From assembly GCA_013265495.1 (NCBI GenBank), contig MU058018.1, forward strand, positions 50,149-70,148: a stretch of DNA of 20,000 nt. Reading direction: 5' to 3'. Of the stretch, positions 1 through 11,125 are shown piece by piece. The position numbers and the translations under genes were made by a program. Positions within the stretch are counted from its first letter, which is position 1; each line of letters opens with the position of its first letter. The notes under the pieces were generated by a model, which had not been told where the DNA came from, searched no databases, and was given only the letters and a program-made list of their open reading frames with translations. Source of the DNA: Vicugna vicugna (taxonomy: Eukaryota).

Positions 1-194
1 AGATGATAATAATCACCCTTTACAAACTTGCTTTGTTTATTTTTTACTTTATCTGTACTTAAATTGACTTCCTTCATTTTCTGCCTATTTTAATGCCACC
101 ACATGTATTAAATACACAAGTCATCTCAGGCTGAATTTAATCTCTACTTTAAAGCAACTCATGCACGTATGTACATGCTTTTTACAAAAATGCA

Positions 195-320
195 AAGCAA
201 TACTTGATAATTGCCTGATAGATGCAAAGACTTATGGGAGGTCAGAGGAAAGTTTCACTACTTCTGGCTAGAGCAGGCATCCTCAGATGGGACAAAAAAT
301 GGTTCTTGAGGGTGGAAAAC
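195..320 (-). mobile_element. Highly decayed L2 LINE fragment
   Basis: Purine-rich 'atagatgcaaagacttatgggaggtcagaggaaag...ggttcttgagggtgg' resembles the antisense L2 3' region; weak match. Confidence 0.35.
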
Positions 321-480
321 AAGAAAACTCACTCTTTTTTATATATTAAGCAGAGATATACATACGGAGCATAACCATATACAGTCTATCATATACAGTG
401 TTCAAAATTCATGGAGAAGACAATTAGGAAAAAAATGTTTCCAGAGGCTCTTGTGTGGTTAAGGGAGGTACAGTGACAAT

Positions 481-520
481 AAAAATAAAAAAACAAAACA
501 AACAAACAAACAAAGAAAAA
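481..520. repeat. A-rich/(AAAC)n microsatellite
   Basis: aaaaataaaaaaacaaaacaaacaaacaaacaaagaaaaa seen directly. Confidence 0.9.
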
Positions 521-569
521 CTTTGCCAAACACTAGACTAGAGGAATTAGTGAAAACAACGAGAAGAAT

Positions 570-666
570 TTTTTTAAATTTCTATTTGAAACTATTTTTA
601 GAATTTTAAAATGTTGTAAATCTAGTACAGAAAGTTTATGCCTATCCCTTACCCAGCATTTCCCCT
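570..666 (-). mobile_element. Old L1MC-class L1 3' end, left part (continues at ~2100)
   Basis: 'ttttagaattttaaaatgttgtaaatctagtacagaaagtttatgcctatcccttacccagc' matches the recalled antisense L1MC 3' UTR. Confidence 0.65.
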
Positions 667-2090
667 ACTCCTTCTGACTTCTCCCTTTTTCTCTTTCTTT
701 CGGTTTCCTGTAGTTAGAAGCTAGTATGCCTCGGTGTAGTGTTTTTTGGCATTTATTCTGCTTATTCTCTGAATTTCTTGGAACTCTGGTTTGGTGTCTG
801 ACATTAATTTGGGGAAATTCTCAGTCATTATTGTTTCAAATATTTCTTCTGTTCCTTTCTTTCTTCTCCTTCTGGCATTCTTTTTATGCACATGCTACAC
901 CTTATGTAGTTTTCCCACAATCCTTGGATTTTTTTTTTCAGTCTTTGTTCTTTTCACTTTTCAGTCTTTGAAATTTCTAGTCATATATCCTCAAGCTCAA
1001 GGATTCTTTCCTCAGCCACGTCCAGTCTACCAATAGGTTCATCAAAGGCATCCTTCATTTTTATTGCAGTGATATTTAATTCCAGCATTTCTTCTTGGTT
1101 CTTTCTTAGGATTGCCTGTCTCTGCTTACATTGCCTATCTGCTCTTGCATGCTGTCTATTTTATCAATTAGAGCTTTTAGCAAGTTAATCATAATTGTTT
1201 TAAACACCCAGTCTGATAATTCAGGTATCCCTGCCATGTCTGGCTCTTGATGCTTTCTCTGTCTCTTCAAATTGTGTTCTTTGCCTTTTAGTATGCCTTG
1301 TCATTTTTTCTTGACAGCTGGATGTGCTGTAACTGGTAAAAGGAAGTGCTGTAAATAGGCCTTTAATACTGTGGTGGTGAGGTGTGTATGTGTGTGGGGG
1401 ACGTGTTCTATCATCCTATGATTAGATTTCAGCCTTTCAGGGAGCCTACACCTGCCTCTGTTAGGGGAACTTCCACGTGTTTCTCATGTTTTTCCTCAGA
1501 TGGAACAGGATGTCTAGAGTGGGCTGGAGGTAGGTCATTCCTTTCTCCCACCTGGAAGAGTTAACTGAAGTTGCGTATGTCACTTCCTCCAGGTCAGTTA
1601 GGCTCTGTAAATGCCCCAGCAGTTCGACTCTAGTTAGCTGGCTTCTCCTGAGGGCAGGCCTTGTTAAGAAGAACAGACGCTCTGGTGTATTTCAAAAAGG
1701 TCTCTTTCCCTCTTTCCATCCTGGAAGCGTGAGAGAATTTTTCTCCACTTGTTACTGTGGGAACTTGGTCAAACTCCTAGTGGTACACCTGATGACTGCC
1801 CCCATCTCCCAGAGTGTGACTCTCCGACTCATCCACAGTGAACCGACAGCAGTTAGTCAGCTGGAGTTCAGGTTTTCCTGCCCCAGCATGGGTTCCCACT
1901 GAGCTCCTGTGAGTGAGTCTCTGCTGGGGTAGGTTGGGGCTCCCTGTTGCCTGCCTGTCTCTCCAGTCTTGGGGGCAGTGGTTTGTCTGCATCTTCCCCT
2001 CTGATATTAATCAAGAAGAGCTGATTTTTCAGTCTGTTCAGCTTTTTACTTGTTGTTAGGATGGAGTGGCAGAACCATAAACCAGAGGCC
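667..2090 (-). mobile_element. Old L1 (L1MC/L1MCa-like) 5' UTR/ORF1-region fragment, ~1.4 kb
   Basis: T-rich antisense L1 text ('tttggtgtctgacattaatttggggaaattctcagtcattattgtttcaaatatttcttctg') grading into a GC-richer 5' UTR ('gatggaacaggatgtctagagtgggctggag', 'ttgttaggatggagtggc'). Confidence 0.75.
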
Positions 2091-2099
2091 CCCTCCCAA

Positions 2100-2265
2100 C
2101 ATTTCTTAGAGCCACATCTTACATAAATATAGTATAGTGATCAGAACCAAGAAATGAAATTGATACTATACTAGTAACTAAATACCTTATTTGAATTTCA
2201 CAAACTTTCCTACAAATTTCTTTTTCTAGGATCCAAAATTACATTTATCATTTCTCCTTAGTTTT
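2100..2265 (-). mobile_element. Old L1MC-class L1 3' end, right part
   Basis: 'acatcttacataaatatagtatagtgatcagaaccaagaaatgaaattgatactatactagtaactaaa...ggatccaaaattacattt' continues the consensus interrupted at ~666. Confidence 0.65.
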
Positions 2266-2396
2266 CTTCTTCACCTGGGGTAAATTTACTCCCTAGAAAA
2301 GACTGGGCAATGTCTGGAGACACTTTTAGTTTCTAAAACTGGAGACATGCTGCTGTCATCTAATGGGTAGAGGCCAGGGATGCTATTAAACTTCTT
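2266..2396 (+). mobile_element. MER20 (hAT-Charlie) DNA transposon, left part
   Basis: 'ggcaatgtctggagacacttttag...catctaatgggtagaggccagggatgctattaaac' is the diagnostic MER20 core. Confidence 0.85.
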
Positions 2397-2750
2397 TTCT
2401 TTTAAACTTAGCCAATTTATTAAATGTTATTCCATTCTCATTTTTTATAATTTTTTAATTGATGTATAGACATTTACAGTGTGTCAGTTTCTGGTGTGCA
2501 GCATGAAGTCCCAGTCATGCAAATGCATAATATATTCATTTTCATATTCTTTTTCATTAAAGGCTATTACAAGATATTGCATATAGTTCCCTGTGCTATA
2601 CAGAAGAAATTTGTTTTTTAATCTATTTTTATATATAGTAGTTAATATGTGCAAATCTCAGACTCCCAAATTTATGCCTTGCCACCTCCTTCCCCCAGTA
2701 ACCATACAATTGTTTACTATGTCTGCGAGTCTGTTTCTGTTTTGTAGATG
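2397..2750 (-). mobile_element. Lineage-specific (camelid-type) 5'-truncated L1 3' end with 13-bp TSD
   Basis: Antisense L1 3' UTR ('aagatattgcatatagttccctgtgctatacagaagaaa'); TSD tattaaacttctt at 2384-2396 and 2751-2763. Confidence 0.9.
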
Positions 2751-2843
2751 TATTAAACTTCTTATAATGCAAAGACAGCACCCCCATCTCAATGAGAATT
2801 ATCCAGCCCATAATGTCAAGAGTGTCACAGCTGAGAAATTCAG
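2751..2843 (+). mobile_element. MER20, right part
   Basis: 'ataatgcaaagacagcaccccc...gaattatccagcccataatgtcaagagtgtcacagctgagaaa' resumes MER20 directly after the L1. Confidence 0.85.
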
Positions 2844-2845
2844 AG

Positions 2846-2940
2846 TTGAGGGAACAGCATGTGCACAAGCTTGAATGTGGAAGATGCACAGCAGTTTGAA
2901 AGAATAATTAATTGTCCAGGATGAGTAATGCACAGCTGAC
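2846..2940 (-). mobile_element. L2 fragment
   Basis: 'gagggaacagcatgtgcacaagcttga' is a typical antisense L2 motif. Confidence 0.55.
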
Positions 2941-2951
2941 ATTTTAGAAAA

Positions 2952-3345
2952 CATCTTAGTCAGCTTGGGCTGCTGTAACAAAATACTGTAGACTGGGTGG
3001 CTTAAATAATAGACATTTAATTCTCATGGTTCTAGAAGTTAGGAGGTCCAAGATCAAGGTGCTGGCAGATTTGGTTCCTAGTCAGAATCCACCTTCTGGC
3101 TTGCAGATGGCTGCCATCTTGCCATGTGCTCACGTGACCTCTCTTTTGTGTGCATAGACTGAGAGTTTTCTCTCTCTTGCTTTTTTTTTAATGGGAACAC
3201 TAATCCCATTAGGGATGCTCCACCCTCAAGACCTCATCTAAACCTAATTATCTCCAAAGGCCCCATCTCTTAATAACATCACATTGGCAATTAGGGAATC
3301 AACCTATGAATTGGAGCAGGGGACACAAATGTTCAGTTCATAATA
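2952..3345 (-). mobile_element. MLT1A/MLT1A0-type ERVL-MaLR solo LTR, near full length
   Basis: 'tcttagtcagcttgggctgctgtaacaaaatactgtagactgggtggcttaaa...gtccaagatcaaggtgctggcagattt...ggggacacaaatgttcagttcataata'. Confidence 0.9.
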
Positions 3346-3458
3346 GAAGGGGACATCTCAGCCAGCAATTCTTTTTTAAATGTAAAGTCAGCTTAGGTGG
3401 TTTAAGTGCAATGCTAGCAAGGTTAGGCCTTATTTATGTAATTAATTGACATTTGTAG

Positions 3459-3481
3459 TTTTTTGTTTGTTTGTTTGTTTT
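3459..3481. repeat. (GTTT)n microsatellite
   Basis: tttttgtttgtttgtttgtttt seen directly. Confidence 0.85.
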
Positions 3482-3790
3482 GCAGGGTGGGGGGCTTGTT
3501 TGGAGTGGCTGTCCAGCATCCAACCTCCCCCCGGATTTAGGGCATCCCCAGCCCATGTGGTGTCTATGTGATGCAGAACCTCTTCCCACTCGGTGGGAGC
3601 CAAAGTCCCCTGTCTTGTCTCCTGATGACAGTGTCTGCAGCAGAAGCAGCAGCATCCTGGCCAGACACTTCCTGCTAAACTACAGTTATTGTACTTCCAG
3701 GAAAGCCCTCCCAACTGGCCTTTCCCCACACACATTTTTCAAACTTGGTTCACCAGCCTCCCATTATTAAGTCTGTCATTATGTTCCATT
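3482..3790 (+). mobile_element. Possible decayed ERVL LTR (LTR33/LTR41/LTR16-like)
   Basis: Local GC-rich island; 'gctgtccagcatccaacctcccc', 'cagcccatgtgg' and 'agcagcagcatcctggccagac' resemble recalled ERVL LTR motifs. Confidence 0.4.
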
Positions 3791-3959
3791 TTTGTTGCTA
3801 GAAAATGGGAATTGTTTTCTGAGCCTGCAGTCACAAGCCCTGACTGATGCAGTAGGTCCCTCTCTCAGGCTTTCCTCTAAGGGAAGGTATGCCATCGTCT
3901 CCCTGCACTGAGATGTTCACTTTGACCAGCCTGCAGTGTGGCTGAAAAAAGGGTAGGAC

Positions 3960-4300
3960 TAGAGATAGTAAGAAGAAATGGATTATAGTTGATCTGACAA
4001 GGTATAAATTATGAGCTTGAACAGGGAAAGAAAAGGAAGAAAACACAATGTGACTGTGGAGATATAATTAGTAAATTGATACGACTTCGCGATTGCAAGT
4101 GTGAAGGGAAAGAGTGAAAAGAAGAGCAGAATTGGTCTGTGACTCTTGAGATAGTAATCTGAGCAGAATGTTAATTCTTCTCCTGGAGAACAATATTGTG
4201 AGCCAGAGTCTGAGACACATGATAGTGTTTCAATATCAAAAGCGAGAACTTGAGGAAGAATAATTAGATCCCTTCTGGAAATGCTGTATTTGAAATACCA
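3960..4300 (-). mobile_element. Decayed L2 fragment
   Basis: Purine-rich sequence roughly colinear with antisense L2 ('ggagatataattagtaaattgatacgacttcgcgattg', 'cttgaggaagaataattagatcccttctggaaatgctg'). Confidence 0.45.
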
Positions 4301-5340
4301 GCAAAACATTTCTTAATATGATTGCTACTTGATTTGGGCTTACACTTTGTATAATGTTAATTACTGGTCCACAGATACTACTAACCCATAGCATGGGGCC
4401 TTCCACAGTGATGATATAAAGTATTGGCTTTCACCTATTACAGCGTTAGAGCATTTAAAGTAAGTATATCAAAAGTTGTGAATATGTATGGAGACAGCTA
4501 AATAAAATAATCCTAAGCAAAGTTTGCCTAAATTTTACATTATTATAAATATTCTATAATCATAAATGGTAGATGAAGATATAGTATACTTCGAAATGCT
4601 CATAAAGTATAATGCAAACTATAATATATATAACCATTGAAGTAAAACAGATAAAAAACTATTTTTCACTATTTTTAAATCCATGGCTTACTTCTTTAAA
4701 AAAAACACACTTTTGCTTGCTTATAATAAGATGCAAAGTTGATTCATTCAAGCTAAACCTCTGCTTTTTATTGTAGTTCCTTCTCATACACACATCTCCT
4801 ACCCAATGATGAGTACATTATTTTAATAAACATCAAGGTAACTAGAAAGTGATTCAACCAAAATAAGATGTGTGCCAAAATAAATGAGAATCATAGTAGT
4901 AATGTCACCACCCCAGAGGGAAATCAAAACAGTTCATCTGATTCAGGCAAGATCACTGTCATAAAAAATTTGATAATAATTTCTGAAAAGTTGTTCTTTT
5001 TGTATTGCTTAGGCTCTCATTTCCAAGAGATATCAGTAGTTCCAAAATGTATAATCAAGAAAAATATCTTTTTCTGATTACATAAATTTGACAATGGATC
5101 TCATTGCTTCACTTGTCTTTGCCTTATTTAATGAAATGGACCTATATTTACCAGTTGTCCCCCAGAACTTGGGATTTTAACTTCAAACCTTGCTGAAACC
5201 CTATAAGGTCTTTAGGTCTCTAAAATGAGGATGTGTGATGAGGGCAGTGATCACAGCAGGTTCTCTGCTTACCCCTAGTTGGTTAGAATGAGCTTAGTAA
5301 ACTTAATAACACAACAGAAAATGGCTGTTGTCAAGAGCAT

Positions 5341-5760
5341 CGTGGCAGATCCTGGTTGAGACTCAGTCTTCCTATTTTCTCTTATTGAGAATGCCAGAAG
5401 AGTATTTCACATCTCTTGACATTAACTTAGAGATTCACGTAATTCATTTTGGCCCATGAAATGTGACTGGAAGTGATATTTGCTTCTTCCTGCCTCCCGA
5501 AGATTCTCCTAGATAAAATCTCTTAGATTCAACCAGTGTGTTCCTGCACCTTTGCCCTGAAGATGGATGCAAAAGACCCAGATGTGACAGAGTCACAAGA
5601 TGAAAAGAGCTAGAATCCCTCAGTCACAAGCTTGGAGGAAAACCTTGCCCAGGAGAAACACTCAGTTACGTCTGAATGTGATGTGAATGTGTGTGTTGTG
5701 GGGGGTGGGGGTGTTCGGAGTATTTGCTATAGCAACTAGCATTAATCACCTGGTCTCTTA
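5341..5760 (+). mobile_element. MLT1J/I-like ERVL-MaLR LTR
   Basis: 'ttttggcccatgaaatgtgactggaagtgat', 'gagtcacaagatgaaaagagctagaatccctcagtcacaagcttggagga', 'tttgctatagcaactagcattaat'. Confidence 0.75.
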
Positions 5761-6861
5761 CTATGCTGATATCTTTTATACCTGCCTCCCCAAGGTGGTT
5801 TAGCAATGTTAAGAACCATGGTTCATCTTCCTCCAAAGTCCTTCAAAACAGATAAAGACTGAGCATTTACATATATTGCAGCCCCCAGCTGTTCTGTCTT
5901 TACAACTAAACAGCCAAAGCCAAACATACTTGTATCACCCAACAGGCCATTCCTGTAGCTACGGTGTGTTTCTAAATTTACAAAATCTCCACTCATGAAT
6001 GACACAGAAATTTCTTTTTTCTCACTTTATGAATCTTCTACTTCATCTGCAGTCTGAGCAAGAGAGAAATTTTGAGAGTCATAACCATGGAGAAGTGTTT
6101 CCCCTGGGAATAAGGAGAGGAGGAGAAAGATTTAATGAAACTCTGTTAAAATATGCTAACCATTGTCCTCAGAGGGGAAAAGAGACTAGAGCTACCCTGA
6201 GTGTTTCTTAACCTAAGCCCACAATGCAACTAAAATTGTTCCTCCACTGGGTCTACTCACTACATCTTGATGTTAAAGTAGGAGCCTTGGCTCCCATTTG
6301 AATGTCTGTTTAGAGAAGAAAATGTAATCACAACTGTGAAGTTAGTTAGAGTCAAACAAATTGAAAATATGGGCTTTAAACATCCATCATACAGCATATT
6401 AAAACAGCTAGGATTATTTAGTTAACATTTGACACTCGTGCTTAGCTTTTATAATCAAGGAGCTATTTTTCCAACTGAAATGATAAAATCGAAAACAAAA
6501 AACAAGGGAGATTTTTCAAGAGCAGAACATATTAATCAAATGGCTCAAAAATATTCCTTTTAAAAATTCCAGATCCAAATTATATCAGGGATTGACATAC
6601 TTCTGTAGAATCTCCATGATAGTAACCCAGATAGCATAAGTAAATCACTCAGCCAAGTAACAGGTACATATTATATAGGAAGGGACCAATAAAAATTATT
6701 TAGAAATGTGATTTGTTTGAATGTACATTATTGTTTGTTTTGATTTTTAATATAGGGACTGCCTCTGGCTTAGCTAACAACATGGATTTCTAGAAGGTAT
6801 AATTACCTTTGAAGCTAAACTTCCTCCACTTTGGGAAAGACACCAAAAAGGGCCTTTCAGT

Positions 6862-6885
6862 GACATATATAAGACATATATAAGA
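6862..6885. repeat. 11-bp tandem duplication (gacatatataa x2)
   Basis: gacatatataa gacatatataa ga seen directly. Confidence 0.85.
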
Positions 6886-7554
6886 ATAATAATATCCCTA
6901 TTATTCAGGGATAAAACTTGAAGTCCTCTTAATTGGAATGGAGATATTAATGGATTTGTATGGTTACATAAATTGAGTTTATCTATAGTCAGACTACAGC
7001 CTTACAAATGAAATCCTTTTCTGAAATAAATGAATAACCGAATTAGAACATTGGTGGCTTCTAAAATAGGTCATTTGAAAGAAACAGCAGTGGTTTGAAG
7101 GAAATTTGCTGTGCACTACTGGTTTATCTTATTCATTGAATGAATTTCTCTGTGAAAGGATAAAACCACACTAAACATTGAAAAGGCAACAAATTTATCA
7201 GCAAAATATGTAGCATGATTTTAAATCCCTCCTGATAATGGGGTACAGAGACGTGGTCAGTAAATATTGATCCAAATTTCTTAGTCTGCCAGGTCTTGAT
7301 AAAAAGAGGATGTGGCAATGGACTCGACTTCAGACTAGCAATAGTTTCCAATGATGGTAACTAGGATTGATTGAGCCTTGCTCAAAACTAACTCTAGTGG
7401 GCTTTGGAGAATATCTCAGGAAGAGAAGCTGAGGGGTAGAACAAGAGTTCCTCAGTTCATGGGATGCAGTCTCGAAGCCATAGTGATGTGCCTCTAAAAA
7501 GTCATACTACCTTATATTGAACCTGAAGTTGGTGAAAACAGACATGTTGGTTAC

Positions 7555-7656
7555 CTGGTTTCTCCAACCTCTTAAATTGCAGCAACGTATGGTCATGAAC
7601 CCTTTCCCTGACGCTGATTGCAGGTTTTCTTTATCCCGACCTTCATCCTGCCTTGC
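7555..7656 (-). other. Candidate 102-nt internal exon (unassigned)
   Basis: Minus strand: acceptor catttctttccctcctgcag|, donor cag|gtaacc; only phase 0 is open (ARQDEGRDKENLQSASGKGFMTIRCCNLRGWRNQ); peptide not recognised. Confidence 0.3.
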
Positions 7657-9225
7657 CTGCAGGAGGGAAAGAAATGTGAGGCTTGAGTGTTATTTTTAAG
7701 GCTTACTTGAACAAACATGGTATTTTCTTCCTTCAAAATGGCACCCTAAAGTACCTTCTAAACTGGGCCTGACACTTAGGCAATCTCTCAGAAGTTCACC
7801 AGGGCTATTATAAAGGAATTCTGCTTTATCATAAGGAGATATTTTTGCCGGAGGGAGGCAGTCTGGCCACTTAGCTTCAAAGCCAACTTACTTCCACTCC
7901 ACTAGCTCTAATTCTCAGTATATTGTAGCCTCTAGCAAAATAGCTTTAGCAAGAAATAAGGAAATGCAATGAAGACCAAAATCATCAAGGGTGATGAAAA
8001 TAGCCTTTTGAGCTATCATTTACTTTTCCCGCAGACTGAAAATATAAACTTTATCAGGTTGTTCTCAAATCAGTTCACACTCAGCTAGTTAATGGCATGA
8101 AAAAGACGTGCTGAAGTTCATCTCGACAAAACACTGTAGTTTATTATTTCATGGATATTTTTCAGCTTCAGAATTTAATATATAGAGTGAGCAAGTTGAC
8201 AACCCAAGACTCATTTGTTGTCATAAACAAAACTGGAGTGTGTTTTCTCCAGAATCTTGTCACATCATTAATGTAGAGTATGATACAGGAAAGATGCATT
8301 ATTGTTTAAAATAATGTCATTGCAGGATTGACTCTTAGACCAACAATGAGGGAAAGAATTAGCACTGTTTCCCATCTTTCCTTAAACAGAAGGGAAGGAG
8401 GCATGGGAGTGTAGTTGAGTCACTGGAAGATGTTAAGCAGGGGACACATGTCAGTCTTTCTTTCTGTTCTATACAACGATGAACACTGTCCGTGATTTGT
8501 GTGTGTCACTTTTTCCCCACTTTTTTTTTAAATTACTTAACTCAAACATTCTATAAATTCAGATAGAAGAAATCAGTAGTAGGGTAGACCAGCACAGAAA
8601 ACAGTCCTCAAGTATGGGAGGTCACATGGCACTGAGCTCCTTCTATTTAAACAGCTTTACCTTATCTATCAAGTCTGGCTAAACTGTCAGACTAAAATTT
8701 TTTTCTTTGTTTGAAAAGGCAAACATTGTTATTCAAGTCCGCTTTTAGGAGAAACAAATGTAGTGGGAGGAAGAAAAAGAATTACCAAGGAGAAGTGCAG
8801 AAATAAAATTTCCTATTTTAGGCAGTTAGATAATAAATTGCTCGAGCACGGAAGTGTGGAATACTTTAGATCAACTGGAGAATTGTGGTTATTAAAATGA
8901 TCTGTCAATAGAAACAAAGCAAAGTTTAGGTGATGAATAGCCAGCAGCTGCACCTTTCCTGCACAGTCAGGAATTTCTAATGAGGTTTATGTATGGTTTT
9001 TCTTCTCTTTTTTCTTTTTTGTAAATAAACAGGGAGGCCTAGAAACATCTTCAAGACTACACAGTGGGTTATAGTCTGTGTTTTAAATATTGTAGAATAT
9101 TTATGTTTCATAATAAAATTTTGGGGTGCTAAAGCAATACATCCCTTCTGCTCATACTGTCTTCAGAGCAACCCTAAACAGTCCATGAAAGCTCACCTAA
9201 GGAAATGTACATCAAACATAAATTC

Positions 9226-9431
9226 TCATATAAACTAGTATATATAAAATAGATAAACAAGTTTATAATGTATAGCACAAGGAACTATATTCATTATCTT
9301 ATAGTAACTTACGATAAAAAAGAATATGAAAACAAATATATGTATGTTCCTGTATGAAGCATTATACTGTACACCAGAAGCTGACACACTGTAAACTGAC
9401 TATACTTCAATAATACATATATACAAAAAAA
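9226..9431 (+). mobile_element. Lineage-specific L1 3' end (5'-truncated)
   Basis: 'tatataaaatagataaacaag...tgtatagcacaaggaactatattc...ctgtacaccagaagctgacacactgtaaactgactatacttcaat' plus A tail; degenerate TSD cataaattctcat / cataaatgcccat. Confidence 0.9.
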
Positions 9432-10979
9432 CCCCCAAACCCATAAATGCCCATGTGTCAAGAGTAGAATAGTTCAGATAATGATTACAAGCTCCGAATT
9501 TTCTTTTAGAGAAGAAAACAAATTAGAAAATCTATTCATATAATGTCAGATCTTTTAAAATATATTTATCACAATTAAGATTAAACATTCAAATAAAAGA
9601 GTAAGTGTCTGACTCCCATCTGTTATTACCTAAAAGATCACCTAATCTCAAGTCTCTATAATTCTAGAGTAAAAAGATAAATAAATTAGTGAACTTTGGC
9701 TTTAGTTATGTCCTTGACTCCCTAGCCCTCAGTCTTTCTGAACTTTGTAGCTAGGGCCATTTAACTTCATGCATTAGCTCCTCTCAAGGTTCTGGACCAA
9801 AATCTGAGTCTAGTCATGTTTGCCACATGCCCATATCATGGAAAAAGTAAATCTTATTTGTCCAGCCATGTTTGTTCTAAAAACTGGTCTTTTTTTTTTT
9901 TTATTAAAGTCCACTGCACAAAGAAGACGAGGAACACAAAGGTAGTGAAACAAGGTGAAATCTATTATTTTTCTGAAGCAAAAGAGAACACTTAGCAGAG
10001 CTACTGTGGGGGCAACTTGGAAAAGGGGATGGAAGAAGAGGACCTCTTCTAGGGTTTTGGTTGTACTGGTTGATTCTAAGTAGGGACATGGAAATAGGGG
10101 TCCAGTTTGAGATGAATGCATTCAAGAATTAGTTATTTCAGTGATTTTGTCCAAGAAGTGGGAGAAATGCAACATAACTGGGGATGTCACTGGTGAGAAA
10201 GTAATGAGCACACTGAAGAACTCATCTTTGGCAATTTCGCAGCTGTGGTGTGGCCATGAGTATGATTCTGTAGAAGCACTGTTCTTTGTAGGCATTGTCC
10301 CTAATTCATTGGAAAATGGCTGATATTCCTTGAGTAACAGCACAGTCTTATCATCAGCAGGACTGATTTTTACTTTCACATCTTGTTCCTGCTCTAGAAA
10401 AGTCCCAGCTGCAAACCTCAGGTTCTTATTTTATTCACTGGATCGCACTATCCTACTTGGTTTGGTTTTTGGTTCAATTGCATTGTTCTTCTGTTTCATT
10501 TCTAAAGACCAGATCCCTGCCTCCAAATACCATTTGGCTGGGAGCACAATAGTTATGAATGTATCATGCTAATGGCTTTATGGGACTCTGCTGCCAAACT
10601 CTGTCACCTGCCGAGTCATCAGCCTGTTTTAACTGCAGGATGTCTTGGTTGCCTAAACTCCCTCTATTGCCTGCTTCAGGAACTTTCCCTGATTTCCTGC
10701 CTCATCATTTTTGTTCTGCTCCGTCTCTCTTGCCCAACCACCAACTTGAGTCCAGCAGAGAAGAATAAACACAGAAACAAAAAGTTTAAAAAAATTGGTT
10801 CAAAATACAAATGTTTCCAAATATTTAGGTGTCTGGCAATGGACAATTCACACTATGGGTAACACCAGTGAATATTTCATAATTATTATTACTTGCTTTA
10901 AAAAATTAGAACAAAACACATTAAATTAACCAGAAATAATCAGTGGTGAAAGAGGATGTGTTTCTTTGTTTCAAAACGA

Positions 10980-11125
10980 AGCCAAGACAGCTTGGGTTTG
11001 AGCCTCCCTGTGCTGGTAGCAGTGTGATACTGGAAACAGTTATTTAACCTGTTGGTGCCTAGAGTTCCTTCCTCTGTAAAAACAGATACGGTAATAGTCT
11101 TACCTCATAAGATTGTTGATATATA
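10980..11125 (+). mobile_element. MIR SINE
   Basis: 'agacagcttgggtttgag...gttatttaacctgttggtgcctagagttccttcctctgtaaaa...taatagtcttacctcataagattgttg' is the MIR core. Confidence 0.8.

Noticed and set aside
726..1992. Hydrophobic short ORFs resembling membrane peptides
   Set aside because: They lie within the old L1 fragment; the F/L/S-rich ones reflect its T-rich antisense strand
9810..10430. Minus-strand frame of 207 codons broken by only one TGA (ORFs 10122-10379 and 9810-10121 are in frame), suggesting readthrough or selenocysteine
   Set aside because: No recognisable domain, the frame crosses a poly-T run, and no SECIS or splice context was seen; most likely chance. tBLASTn or PhyloCSF would settle it.
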